From NCBI GenBank assembly GCA_903831045.1, contig CAIKWG010000038.1, positions 1 to 42,006 on the forward strand: a stretch of DNA of 42,006 nt, read 5' to 3'. A program made the translations under genes and the position numbers. Positions 1-8,588 of this stretch are shown piece after piece (position 1 is the first letter of the stretch; each line of letters opens with the position of its first letter). The stretch comes from an uncultured archaeon. GTDB taxonomy: Archaea; Nanobdellota; Nanobdellia; Pacearchaeales; GW2011-AR1. Under the pieces are notes generated by a model that ran no database searches, had not been told where the DNA came from, and worked only from the letters and a program-made list of their open reading frames with translations.

Positions 1-2142
1 GAAAAAGAAGAGATAGAAGAGCAGATTCAAAAGAGAAACAAAGAAATAGAAAAAATACAGAAAACAATTCTAACACAAAAGACAACAATTGAAAATTTAG
101 AAGAAAAAATTAAACAAATAAATTCAACTATTCAGCAGTCCACAGGTTTGGAACAAGAGAAGCTGAACAACGAAATTGCAAATCTAAGAGCAGATTTAGC
201 CGGATTAAAGGTTCGTCAGGATAACTATGAAAGAAAAATTAGTTCCATTCAAAAGCAAAAAGTAGATATGCAGAATTCAATAAGAGATACGGAGCTTTCA
301 GTAAAAGAATTGCAGAAAGATTCTCCAACAATCGAAAAGAATCAAAAACAATTGATAAGCAAAAAACAAGAATTAGAAAAATTAGAAGAGAAAAGAAAAA
401 AGTATTATACTACTAAATCTGAATTTAGAGCAATTAAGGACAGAATAAGTGATAAACAAACTATTCTCCAAAGCTATGTTAATGAATCAGAATTTTTAAT
501 AAAACAAATTCAATCTTTGGGTGCAGAACTCTTTGACAAAAAAACCGATGAAAAAAAAGTAGAAGAATTAAAACATTCACTTGCGGATAAAAGACAATTT
601 TTAGAGAATACTAACAAAAGAGAAATTGATTTAGAAAAATTAACCAATAGAAATGAGTTTGAAATCTCAGAACAAAATAAGCTAATAGAGAAAATATCCA
701 AAATGGATGTTTGCCCTGTATGTAAAAGTCATATTACTGATGATCATATTCATCACATTAGAGATGAGGTAATGCCCAAGATACAAGCCTTAAAATTGCA
801 AATTGAAAACTCGGATAAAGAATTAAATGATATTTATTCTAAAAAAAGTTTTCTGAAACAAACTATAGATTCCACAACAGAAGAAATTCAAAAGAGACAA
901 TCAGACCTTTCTAAGCTTTCAGCAATTGAAGATAAAAAAAATCAAATAAAAACTTTACAAGAAAAGATTCAAATTTCCAAGAGTGAGTTAGTGGAATTAG
1001 AAAAGATAAGAGCAGGGTTAGAATCAACCTTTGAAGAAAATTCAAACATTGAAGAAAAGTACGAATCTGCAAGAATAGAAGTTCAGGATATCTCTCTAAG
1101 AAGCAAGGAAAATTTAACTTCTGAAATATCCTTCAAACAAAGAGAATTAGAAAGAATAGAAGCTACAATAAAGCAATTAAATCAAGAGCAGAAAGATGCA
1201 GAAGAAGAATTAGTCTCAATCAAGAAGACTGTTGCTCAAAAAGAAACAATCCTGGATAAGAAAAGAAAAGATGAAGAAAAATTAGCAGAAAGATTTAAGG
1301 TATTAATTTCTGAAAGAGATAATACTCAATTAAAGATAAGAGAAACTGAAGGTCAATCTTCTAGAGACAAAAATGTAGTTTATAACATCGAACAAGGAAT
1401 AAATAATTTTAAGATTGATATTGCTAAGACAAATGCAGAAATAGAAAATTTAGAAACAGAAATACTAGAGTTTTCTAATGTGGAAATAATAAGAACTGCA
1501 AACAAACAAGGATTAACAGAGAGATTAACTAAAACCCAGGAATCTCTAATGAGACTTGGTTCAGTAAACATGAGGGCTCTTGAAACCTACGAATCTATTA
1601 AAGAAGAATATGATCGAGTAAGTGAGAAAGTCGAAATAATTTCAAAAGAAAAAGAAGGGATTATGAAGATTGTCCATGAAATTGATATAAAGAAAAGAAA
1701 AGCATTCCTCTCAACTCTTGAAGCATTGAATCTAATCTTTGGAAGAAACTTTATGCAAATTTCAACAAAGGGGGAAGTTTATCTAGACCTAGAAAATAAA
1801 AAGGATCCTTTTGAAGGAGGAGTTAATATAATTGTTAAGACTGGTCACGGAAAATATTTTGATGTTAAATCTCTTTCTGGAGGAGAGCAAACAATGGTAG
1901 CTCTCTCATTGATATTTGCAATTCAGGAGTTAAAACCCTACTGCTTCTATATACTAGATGAAATTGATGCAGCTCTAGATAAAAGAAATTCTGAGCGTTT
2001 GGCAGGTCTTCTAAAGAAGTATATGCAGAAAGGTCAATATTTGGTAATAACCCATAATGATGAGATTATAACCAATGCAACTAATCTGTTTGGAGTTTCA
2101 ATGCACGAAGGAATAAGTAAGATTGTTAGTCTGAAGGTTTAA
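1..2142 (+). CDS. smc: SMC-family chromosome ATPase (5'-partial) with a central CxxC zinc-hook-like motif
   Basis: Frame is open from base 1, so the TTG at 148 is not the true start. Long coiled coil; C-terminal head with LGSVNMRA, LSGGE signature and Walker B/D-loop FYILDEIDAALD typical of Smc; CPVC at 712-723. Confidence 0.9.
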   Translation, partial: EKEEIEEQIQKRNKEIEKIQKTILTQKTTIENLEEKIKQINSTIQQSTGLEQEKLNNEIANLRADLAGLKVRQDNYERKISSIQKQKVDMQNSIRDTELSVKELQKDSPTIEKNQKQLISKKQELEKLEEKRKKYYTTKSEFRAIKDRISDKQTILQSYVNESEFLIKQIQSLGAELFDKKTDEKKVEELKHSLADKRQFLENTNKREIDLEKLTNRNEFEISEQNKLIEKISKMDVCPVCKSHITDDHIHHIRDEVMPKIQALKLQIENSDKELNDIYSKKSFLKQTIDSTTEEIQKRQSDLSKLSAIEDKKNQIKTLQEKIQISKSELVELEKIRAGLESTFEENSNIEEKYESARIEVQDISLRSKENLTSEISFKQRELERIEATIKQLNQEQKDAEEELVSIKKTVAQKETILDKKRKDEEKLAERFKVLISERDNTQLKIRETEGQSSRDKNVVYNIEQGINNFKIDIAKTNAEIENLETEILEFSNVEIIRTANKQGLTERLTKTQESLMRLGSVNMRALETYESIKEEYDRVSEKVEIISKEKEGIMKIVHEIDIKKRKAFLSTLEALNLIFGRNFMQISTKGEVYLDLENKKDPFEGGVNIIVKTGHGKYFDVKSLSGGEQTMVALSLIFAIQELKPYCFYILDEIDAALDKRNSERLAGLLKKYMQKGQYLVITHNDEIITNATNLFGVSMHEGISKIVSLKV

Positions 2143-2492
2143 ATTTTTTTAGCAAGAGTTTTTCCTCTTTCTGTTTCATCAACAAATTCTGAGATATAAA
2201 ATTGTGGAAGAGTAGAACGTACAATTTCAGTTAATCTTTTTTTTGTATATTCATAGGCTTTTCTTTCTGCTTCTTCCGAAGAAAGAGCTATTGCTACTGG
2301 ATTAAACTGTCTATTAAAGTATGCATTAACACTTGGAGGACTTAAGATAACATATCCTCCATCAACTTTTTTTATTTCAGCAGATATAAAACATCCAGTC
2401 ATTCCCACACCTGCAGTATATCTAACTAGTCCTTCTAATTCCTCTTCCTCATAGGGCATTTGAGAAATATATCCTCTAACTTTGTTATCCAT
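2139..2492 (-). CDS. hypothetical protein (ORFan, probable paralog of the next gene)
   Basis: 117 aa ORF; TATA-like TTATAAATA about 22 nt upstream of ATG. Confidence 0.75.
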   Translation of the reverse strand: MDNKVRGYISQMPYEEEELEGLVRYTAGVGMTGCFISAEIKKVDGGYVILSPPSVNAYFNRQFNPVAIALSSEEAERKAYEYTKKRLTEIVRSTLPQFYISEFVDETERGKTLAKKI

Positions 2493-2539
2493 TATATTCT
2501 AATTAAAATATTATTTATAAGCATTATTGCTTTGTATCC

Positions 2540-2890
2540 CTAATTTTCCCAGGTTCTTTCACCTTCAATGACCTTGGGATGGCCTTCAAGTTGAGTTTCA
2601 TCAATAATGTTCCCAACTCTCATTGCATTTTCTTCTAGAAACTGCTGTACGAGCTTTAATAGATGATTCTTGGCATCTTCATAGAGAGCCTTCTCTGTTT
2701 CTTCTAAATCTTTCTCTACTCTAAACGGCCTTTTTATTCTTGAATAAACATCCGTATGATGTGTTAGAACATATACTCCATTCACATAGTCATATTCGTT
2801 TACAACTGCTCCTGCAACACAATCAGGAATTACAACATATCCTCTCTTAGTTTTGCCAAAGCTAAACTTTTTTATGTGTATGTTCTGCAT
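2540..2890 (-). CDS. hypothetical protein (ORFan)
   Basis: Start moved to ATG at 2890 (MQNIH), which lies about 22 nt from a TATA box; shares G-Y-V...EE-E--YE--K--L...DET pattern with 2139..2492. Confidence 0.7.
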   Translation of the reverse strand: MQNIHIKKFSFGKTKRGYVVIPDCVAGAVVNEYDYVNGVYVLTHHTDVYSRIKRPFRVEKDLEETEKALYEDAKNHLLKLVQQFLEENAMRVGNIIDETQLEGHPKVIEGERTWEN

Positions 2891-2940
2891 ATAGAACAAT
2901 CTACAGCGAGTCTATTTATAAAAATAATTGTCCTATAGAA

Positions 2941-3144
2941 TTAAGGTTTCTTTTCAAAGGTTATTTCACCAGTATCAAGGTTTATTGTCTCAGTCCCCAA
3001 TATTTTATAATCTACTCCTTCAACAAGATTTTCAATCTGTGAGGGTTCACGAGAAGGATAATAATCTGTTTCTCTTTCTGTGCCATGATATGCATCATAT
3101 CCTATTAACCTCTCAAGTTTTCTAGAATCTGAATATACACTCAT
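2941..3144 (-). CDS. small hypothetical protein
   Basis: 67 aa ORF with TTTTTAAA about 21 nt upstream. Confidence 0.6.
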   Translation of the reverse strand: MSVYSDSRKLERLIGYDAYHGTERETDYYPSREPSQIENLVEGVDYKILGTETINLDTGEITFEKKP

Positions 3145-3180
3145 AGATGTTAAAATAATTTTTAGTTTAAAAATTGTTCT

Positions 3181-3220
3181 AAAAAAATAAAGGGGTTGAT
3201 TTGGGTCCCCCGCCCCTCTT
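3181..3220 (-). terminator. GC-rich hairpin plus U-tract downstream of the surface-protein gene
   Basis: Minus strand AAGAGGGG...CCCCTTTT stem followed by ATTTTTTT. Confidence 0.5.
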
Positions 3221-3257
3221 TCATTAAAAAATAAAAATAAAAAAATTAAATGTTACT

Positions 3258-4472
3258 TTAGTAGTAACTTTCGCCGAAGTCTTCTGTTTTTTGAGGTTTC
3301 TTACCAAGCAATACAACTAGTACTACTAATAGTACTAAGAAAATAATTGCTAGGATTACTGTCAATACAACAGTCGCATTCAAAGTTTTACCTTCAACGT
3401 TAAGTTCAAGGTTTGCTGTACTAACTTGGTTTTCACCAGTTAGAACATTAACTAAGAAATTGTATTTTCCTTCTTTAGCTGCTTCTGCAGAGATTGTTAC
3501 TTCCACGCTTGAACCAGCAGGAACAGCAACAACAGTCTTGTCGGCAGTTATAGTAAGGTCTTTTGAAGCTTCTGGTATAATTGTGTAAACTCTTACATTA
3601 TTTGTAGGATTTACAAGTAAAATCTTATACTCAGCAGCCTTTCCTTCAGCAACTGTCTTTTGAGCAGATGTAACAATTACATTGCTTGCATAGTCATTCT
3701 TCACAACAAATTGCTTAGTCTGAGTTGTTTTAGTATCATCGTTGTACACTATAACATCTATAGAATAAGCTCCAGCTTTAACTTCGTAAGGAACTTTCAA
3801 GTATAGTCTTCCAGCAACTGTGTCTTCTTTATCACAATCATCAGTACAGTTTTCAATCTTAACCAAGTCTCCAAACCATGTTGGACCTTGAGAAAGACCT
3901 AATTCTGTAGATCTAACTGTAACATAAAGATCATCTAAGTTGTTGTAACCCATGTTCTTCAGAACAATATCAACTGATAATGTTTCACCAGCAGATATGT
4001 AACTTGGAACAGTGATTGACTTAACTACTGCGTTATATGAAGGTCTTTGAACCCTTAAAGTAATATCGTTAAGAACAGTTTTGTACTCTTTACCGTCAAG
4101 TTCAATGCTAAGAATCAAATCATCAGAAATTGAATCTTTAAGTTCGAAAGGAACTTTTAGAGTCAAAGTTTGTCTGTATGCTTTTCCTGCTTCAACATCG
4201 AAAACTTCAGTTTGAGAACTTGTCTTAAGTTTTTCACCATCAAGTTCAGCATCAATAGTAACATCAGTATCGCTTACGTTGGCAGTGAAATAAACTTTAA
4301 CAGTTATGTCTTCGCCAGCAACAACACTTACGTAATTACTGTATGCATCTAAACCTTCTACTGTAACAGCATAGTCATTAGTAATTTGAGTTGCACTTAC
4401 ATTTACTGTGGCAACTAAAGCTAATGCGAAAAATACTGCGCAGAAAGAAACCAATAGGTTTTTAGTTTTCAT
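3258..4472 (-). CDS. membrane-anchored surface/S-layer-like protein with Ig-like (CARDB-type) repeats
   Basis: N-terminal signal peptide; beta-rich modules (GETLSVDIVLKNMG); C-terminal TM helix, basic residues and short tail ending ESYY. Confidence 0.75.
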   Translation of the reverse strand: MKTKNLLVSFCAVFFALALVATVNVSATQITNDYAVTVEGLDAYSNYVSVVAGEDITVKVYFTANVSDTDVTIDAELDGEKLKTSSQTEVFDVEAGKAYRQTLTLKVPFELKDSISDDLILSIELDGKEYKTVLNDITLRVQRPSYNAVVKSITVPSYISAGETLSVDIVLKNMGYNNLDDLYVTVRSTELGLSQGPTWFGDLVKIENCTDDCDKEDTVAGRLYLKVPYEVKAGAYSIDVIVYNDDTKTTQTKQFVVKNDYASNVIVTSAQKTVAEGKAAEYKILLVNPTNNVRVYTIIPEASKDLTITADKTVVAVPAGSSVEVTISAEAAKEGKYNFLVNVLTGENQVSTANLELNVEGKTLNATVVLTVILAIIFLVLLVVLVVLLGKKPQKTEDFGESYY

Positions 4473-4499
4473 CTTTTGTTTTTTGTTTTATTTAATTCC

Positions 4500-4550
4500 C
4501 AGAAAACATTGTTTTCTGTAAAATAACATCATTATTATCGTTTATAAACT
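4500..4550 (-). promoter_or_regulatory. TATA promoter and 5'-terminal hairpin of the surface-protein mRNA
   Basis: TTTATAAA at 4541-4548; perfect palindrome CAGAAAACA-T-TGTTTTCTG at 4500-4518. Confidence 0.6.
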
Positions 4551-4606
4551 TTGTCATTATACAGTTACACCGCATTTACTTCATGTCTGAACATAAAGTG
4601 AAAGAA

Positions 4607-5392
4607 CTATTTTTTGGCTAATTTCTCGTATATTTTGAGGCCTTCAGCAGCATCTCTAATCATGTCAGGAGATTCGTTTACAATAAAAATCTTCTTATCC
4701 TTTGGTAAGGATTCAATGAGCTCTTTCCAATCAGATGTAGGAGTCTTTAGGTGATTTCTTTCCCCTTTATCTCCATACTCAATACCTGAGAAGTGGATGT
4801 GAAATTCCTCTAGACTTTTGAATAATCTAATTGTCTCTTCAAATCTATAATCTCCATGACTCCTTGCAAGGATGTGTGCAAAATCAATACATGCGTGGCA
4901 TCCAGTGTCTCTAACCAATTGTGCTATTTCTTCAATACTCCCAAAAACATTTATTTTTCCCATTGTTTCTGGAGCTAGTTTAGGAGTATATTTTTTTTCT
5001 TTTCTAATCTTTTCCAATTCAATAATTTCTTCTTTTATTTTTTCATAGGTTTTTTCTTTAGAATCTTTACCATAAAATCCAGCGTGGAAAACAACGTACT
5101 TGGCTCCAAGGTAAGTTCCAATTTCTAAGCATTTCAATATTCTCTGTTTACTTGCTTCTATCTTGGGCTTTTCAGCTGAGTTCAAATTAATATAATATGG
5201 AGCATGAATTGATAATTGAATACCTAACTTTTTAGCGACGTCACCTATTTTCTTTGCATCCTGTTCCTTTATGTAAACACTATAAGTGAATGCAATTTCA
5301 CATGCACCAAAACCCAGCTTGTGAAAATGTTCAAGATTGGATATCGCTTCATCAACAGGTCCCAATGATGCTGGTCCAAATTTAATTGTCAT
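4607..5392 (-). CDS. nfo: endonuclease IV (AP endonuclease family 2, TIM barrel)
   Basis: SIHAPYYINLNS, VVFHAG, PETMGK, CIDFAH, HIHFSG motifs. Confidence 0.9.
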   Translation of the reverse strand: MTIKFGPASLGPVDEAISNLEHFHKLGFGACEIAFTYSVYIKEQDAKKIGDVAKKLGIQLSIHAPYYINLNSAEKPKIEASKQRILKCLEIGTYLGAKYVVFHAGFYGKDSKEKTYEKIKEEIIELEKIRKEKKYTPKLAPETMGKINVFGSIEEIAQLVRDTGCHACIDFAHILARSHGDYRFEETIRLFKSLEEFHIHFSGIEYGDKGERNHLKTPTSDWKELIESLPKDKKIFIVNESPDMIRDAAEGLKIYEKLAKK

Positions 5393-5422
5393 AAATATTA
5401 GAATAAAGAAGGTTTGATAAAT

Positions 5423-5725
5423 TTATCTTTTTGAAGTTATATCTAGTAATCTTCCAATTTGTTTTAAAACAAGTCTGTCTAAAGAAAGATGACCTTGTTC
5501 ATTGTTCTCTGGAATTTCTTTGTAAGAATCAAGAATCTTTTCAATTGTTACATATTCGGAACTAATCTTTGAATTCAAAAATAAGCTGATTATTCTTTCA
5601 TTTTTAAGCTCACTAATAATATTAACACAATTCTCATTTAGTTGTTCTAGTACAATTCCATACAGGGTTCTTTTGAATCCTATTTCTTCTTTGTATTTTA
5701 TTATTGTGCCAGGAGAGTATTGCAT
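5423..5725 (-). CDS. hypothetical protein, possible SH3/KOW-like barrel
   Basis: 100 aa; YSPGTIIKY...YGIVLE pattern; own TATA-like box. Confidence 0.65.
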   Translation of the reverse strand: MQYSPGTIIKYKEEIGFKRTLYGIVLEQLNENCVNIISELKNERIISLFLNSKISSEYVTIEKILDSYKEIPENNEQGHLSLDRLVLKQIGRLLDITSKR

Positions 5726-5797
5726 TACAATCTAAGAAATGTATAGTATAATTAATTTTCTCTAATAACAGGATTAAATTTAATTAAAAAAGAATTC

Positions 5798-6112
5798 TTA
5801 TTGAATGTTGTAACTTTCATAATTTTCTAAAAGGAATTTTTCTATACGATCAAAATCTGTACTACCAGAGGCATATTCTGCTTCTAGATAAGATCTACTT
5901 TCGGGTTCTGGGGAATGGCATACTTTTTCAATATTACACCAAAACGTAAGACTGTTTTCTAAGGATTTTGGCTTGAAATGAGGCAAGATTATTTGATCTC
6001 CCGGGGAGATGGGATTTGTAAATACTAAATCCTCAATATAAATTTGTTTTTCAATTAATCCCTTATAAATAGGATTACGCATTGTCAATCGTATATCATA
6101 GTGAAAAGCCAT
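5798..6112 (-). CDS. hypothetical protein, possible SH3-like barrel
   Basis: 104 aa; PISPGDQIIL...IEKVCH pattern; TTATAAA about 23 nt upstream. Confidence 0.65.
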   Translation of the reverse strand: MAFHYDIRLTMRNPIYKGLIEKQIYIEDLVFTNPISPGDQIILPHFKPKSLENSLTFWCNIEKVCHSPEPESRSYLEAEYASGSTDFDRIEKFLLENYESYNIQ

Positions 6113-6187
6113 AACTAATTTGTATTAATATTAATTTATAAGGTTTATCGTTCTAAGAGGATATATTCCTTAAGGAGAAACTTGATT

Positions 6188-6463
6188 TTACCCAAACAGC
6201 TTTCCAAAGAAAGACTTCTTTTTAGGAGGTTCAGCGATAACTTCTACCTTTTGAGTATTTCTTGCCTGTTCAGCCATTCTTGCAGCTTCAACTTCTTTTC
6301 GTGCTCTAGATTTCCTCTGAACTTCTTCATAGGCTACATTAACCATAGATTTCAAATATCCTTGTGTAAGAAGTGTTTGATAGACATCCTCAATAGTCAT
6401 TCCTCTTGCTAAGCAATTTTCTATATAATTCACCATCTCTTTTTTACTTTCTATGTCTCTCAT
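6188..6463 (-). CDS. small helical protein with C-terminal amphipathic helix
   Basis: YIENCLARGMTIEDVYQTLLTQGY helical motif; ends KKKSFFGKLFG. Confidence 0.7.
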   Translation of the reverse strand: MRDIESKKEMVNYIENCLARGMTIEDVYQTLLTQGYLKSMVNVAYEEVQRKSRARKEVEAARMAEQARNTQKVEVIAEPPKKKSFFGKLFG

Positions 6464-6510
6464 GAAAGAAATATAATTGTGGGGTATATAAATATTATTG
6501 TTATAAAAAA

Positions 6511-6552
6511 GTAAAAAGAATAAAAAAAAGAAAAAGCCCTAAAAAAGGGCTT
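6511..6552 (-). terminator. hairpin plus U-tract terminator of dnaG
   Basis: AAGCCCT-N5-AGGGCTT at 6534-6552, followed on the minus strand by long T runs, 3 nt after the dnaG stop. Confidence 0.65.
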
Positions 6553-6555
6553 AAT

Positions 6556-7785
6556 TTACAAACTTAATAATTTGATTTTTGTATCAGTTGTCTTGAAGTT
6601 GTTCGCAACAATTGTTTGAACACCAACAGCCTCAGCTGCATCTAAGATTGAACCTGTTACAGCCCCATCCATTACAATTACAACTGTGTCTGGTGATCTT
6701 TCAAGACTTCTGCTTAAAGCTTTTGAAGAAACAGTTTTGATTTCTTCTAGTCTGGAATTTAAAAGAACTGCCTTTTCTGAATCCTTAAGTTCATGAGAAA
6801 GTTTTTTTAATTTTTCTTTTTCATTTGCTCCTATTTCCAGCTGAGCTTTCTCAGCCTGTTTAGGAACTTCTCTTGATTCATTTCTATAGTCTCTAGAATT
6901 ATTTCTATAATCCTTAGGTCCAGAGTTATAAGATCTTTGTTCAAAGTTTCTTCTTTGTCCATTAAAATTATCATTTGCGAAAAATTCTTTTGGAGTAACT
7001 CTCTTTCTAAGATTCATTAAAATTTCTTTGCTTGGAAGTTCTTCAACTTCTTTTCCATCCGGTGCCATTGCGATATAATTAATGTCTGCATTTTCACAAA
7101 CATTTTGAGCGATTAATCTTCCACCCCTATCTCCATCTACAAATAATGTAACAATTTTGTTTTTGCTCAATTCTTTAATTTCATCTGGCATCTTTGTTCC
7201 GTTCATTCCAATAACATTGTTAACACCAGCTCTAACCAGGTTAACAACATCAGCACGACCTTCCACTACAATAAGTTCTTCTCCAGAAATGTCTCCACAT
7301 GCAAGCTTACTAGTTCCATACTCTTTAACCCCTGCAATCTTTGCAGAGTCTTTGATTTCGTTTGAAATCTCTCTTGAGTCTGTTGAGCCTTGAATTTCCT
7401 GCATAAGCTTTTTAGCTCTGTCAAGAATATAGTCTCTCTTGCTTCCTCTCACATCTTCGATTTTAGTAATCTCGATTTGAGCATCACAAGGTCCTACTCT
7501 TTCAATAGTCTCAATAGCAGCTGCTATTAAAGTGGTCTCGGACTGGTCTAAAGCAGTAGGTATGTGAATAACTCCAACAGTTCGTCTGTCTTGTTTTTCA
7601 ATTTCTACTTCAATTCTACCAATCTTTCCTTCTTTCTGAAGCTCCCTCATTTCAAGGTCTGCTCCTAGCAATCCTTCTGTTTGTCCAAATAAAGCTCCAA
7701 TCACATCAGGTTTTTCTAAACTACCTTCTGCTGTGATATTTGCATGTATCATATATTTGATTGATACTGGACTAACTTTTGCCAT
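6556..7785 (-). CDS. dnaG: archaeal DnaG (TOPRIM; exosome-associated in characterised archaea)
   Basis: EKPDVIGALFGQTEGLLG, ELQKEGKIGRI, IVVEGRADV, FVDGDRGG. Confidence 0.95.
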   Translation of the reverse strand: MAKVSPVSIKYMIHANITAEGSLEKPDVIGALFGQTEGLLGADLEMRELQKEGKIGRIEVEIEKQDRRTVGVIHIPTALDQSETTLIAAAIETIERVGPCDAQIEITKIEDVRGSKRDYILDRAKKLMQEIQGSTDSREISNEIKDSAKIAGVKEYGTSKLACGDISGEELIVVEGRADVVNLVRAGVNNVIGMNGTKMPDEIKELSKNKIVTLFVDGDRGGRLIAQNVCENADINYIAMAPDGKEVEELPSKEILMNLRKRVTPKEFFANDNFNGQRRNFEQRSYNSGPKDYRNNSRDYRNESREVPKQAEKAQLEIGANEKEKLKKLSHELKDSEKAVLLNSRLEEIKTVSSKALSRSLERSPDTVVIVMDGAVTGSILDAAEAVGVQTIVANNFKTTDTKIKLLSL

Positions 7786-7815
7786 TTTTTTTGTTTTGTT
7801 TCCGTTTTAATTTTT

Positions 7816-7920
7816 TGAAATCTAGGATTTCATTTAGAAAAATACTTTTGAACTAATTCACGAGTCCAACCCGATAAAATGAGTGTGATGATGAATGATA
7901 ATTTGAACGTATCTTTCTAA
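7816..7920 (-). ncRNA. putative structured 5' leader RNA of dnaG
   Basis: TATA at 7943-7950; 12-bp stem 7909-7920/7834-7845, second stem 7891-7903/7851-7861, separate hairpin 7816-7832; G-U pairs work only on the minus (transcribed) strand. Confidence 0.5.
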
Positions 7921-7970
7921 TGTCTAAGAAAGTTGATTTGGGTTTTTAAAGGTTTTGGGAAGAAAAGGCA

Positions 7971-8243
7971 TTATCCTAGCTTGGGTAAGGGTAAATCAAG
8001 CGGTAAATCTACTGCATAAGCGCATGGAATCTGCTTAAGTTCAGAAGCAGAGCAATATTGTCCATGTCCGCCACAGTTATACTTGCACTCTGAAACATCA
8101 GTAGAAATTATATCGCTTCCAGGACGTTTGTATACATTGATTATAACTTTTATAGCTGGGCTAAAAACCTTATTTCCATCCTCATCTCTTCCTCTGCATT
8201 CAATGGGAAAGCCCTTTTCAACATAATCATCAATTCCAGTCAT
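7971..8243 (-). CDS. small Cys/His-rich hypothetical protein
   Basis: 90 aa; CKYNCGGHGQYC...C; own TATA. Confidence 0.7.
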   Translation of the reverse strand: MTGIDDYVEKGFPIECRGRDEDGNKVFSPAIKVIINVYKRPGSDIISTDVSECKYNCGGHGQYCSASELKQIPCAYAVDLPLDLPLPKLG

Positions 8244-8282
8244 AGTTTTTCAAGAATTATTGAGTTTATAAAATTTTATATC

Positions 8283-8588
8283 CTAATAAAGTATATCTGG
8301 TTCTTGATATTCTTCTTTCCCAAGATCCTCTTTTCTTAACCTTTTTAGATAAGATGCATTGTCTTCTTTTGCCTTAATCTCTTGGATGCTGTTGTACATT
8401 CTCATATATTCATCTGCTAGTGCTGGGCAATGAAAATTTAACTGTCCTATTGTTTTATGAAACTTTTCATCCGCTTCAGTCTTAATTCTTTCTTTAGGAT
8501 TTTCTTCAGCCAAAATTTCAACAAGAAGTTCTGAAGCTCTCTCGCTGAGAATAATTAATTTAGTTTTTTCTTCCAGAGATAACTTCAT
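8283..8588 (-). CDS. hypothetical helical protein
   Basis: 101 aa; own TATA about 21 nt upstream. Confidence 0.7.
   Translation of the reverse strand: MKLSLEEKTKLIILSERASELLVEILAEENPKERIKTEADEKFHKTIGQLNFHCPALADEYMRMYNSIQEIKAKEDNASYLKRLRKEDLGKEEYQEPDILY

Noticed and set aside
1-2142. Calling the first gene Rad50/SbcC because of CPVC
   Set aside because: The head motifs (DEIDAALD, G-VN-RA) are Smc-type; kept as SMC with a hook.
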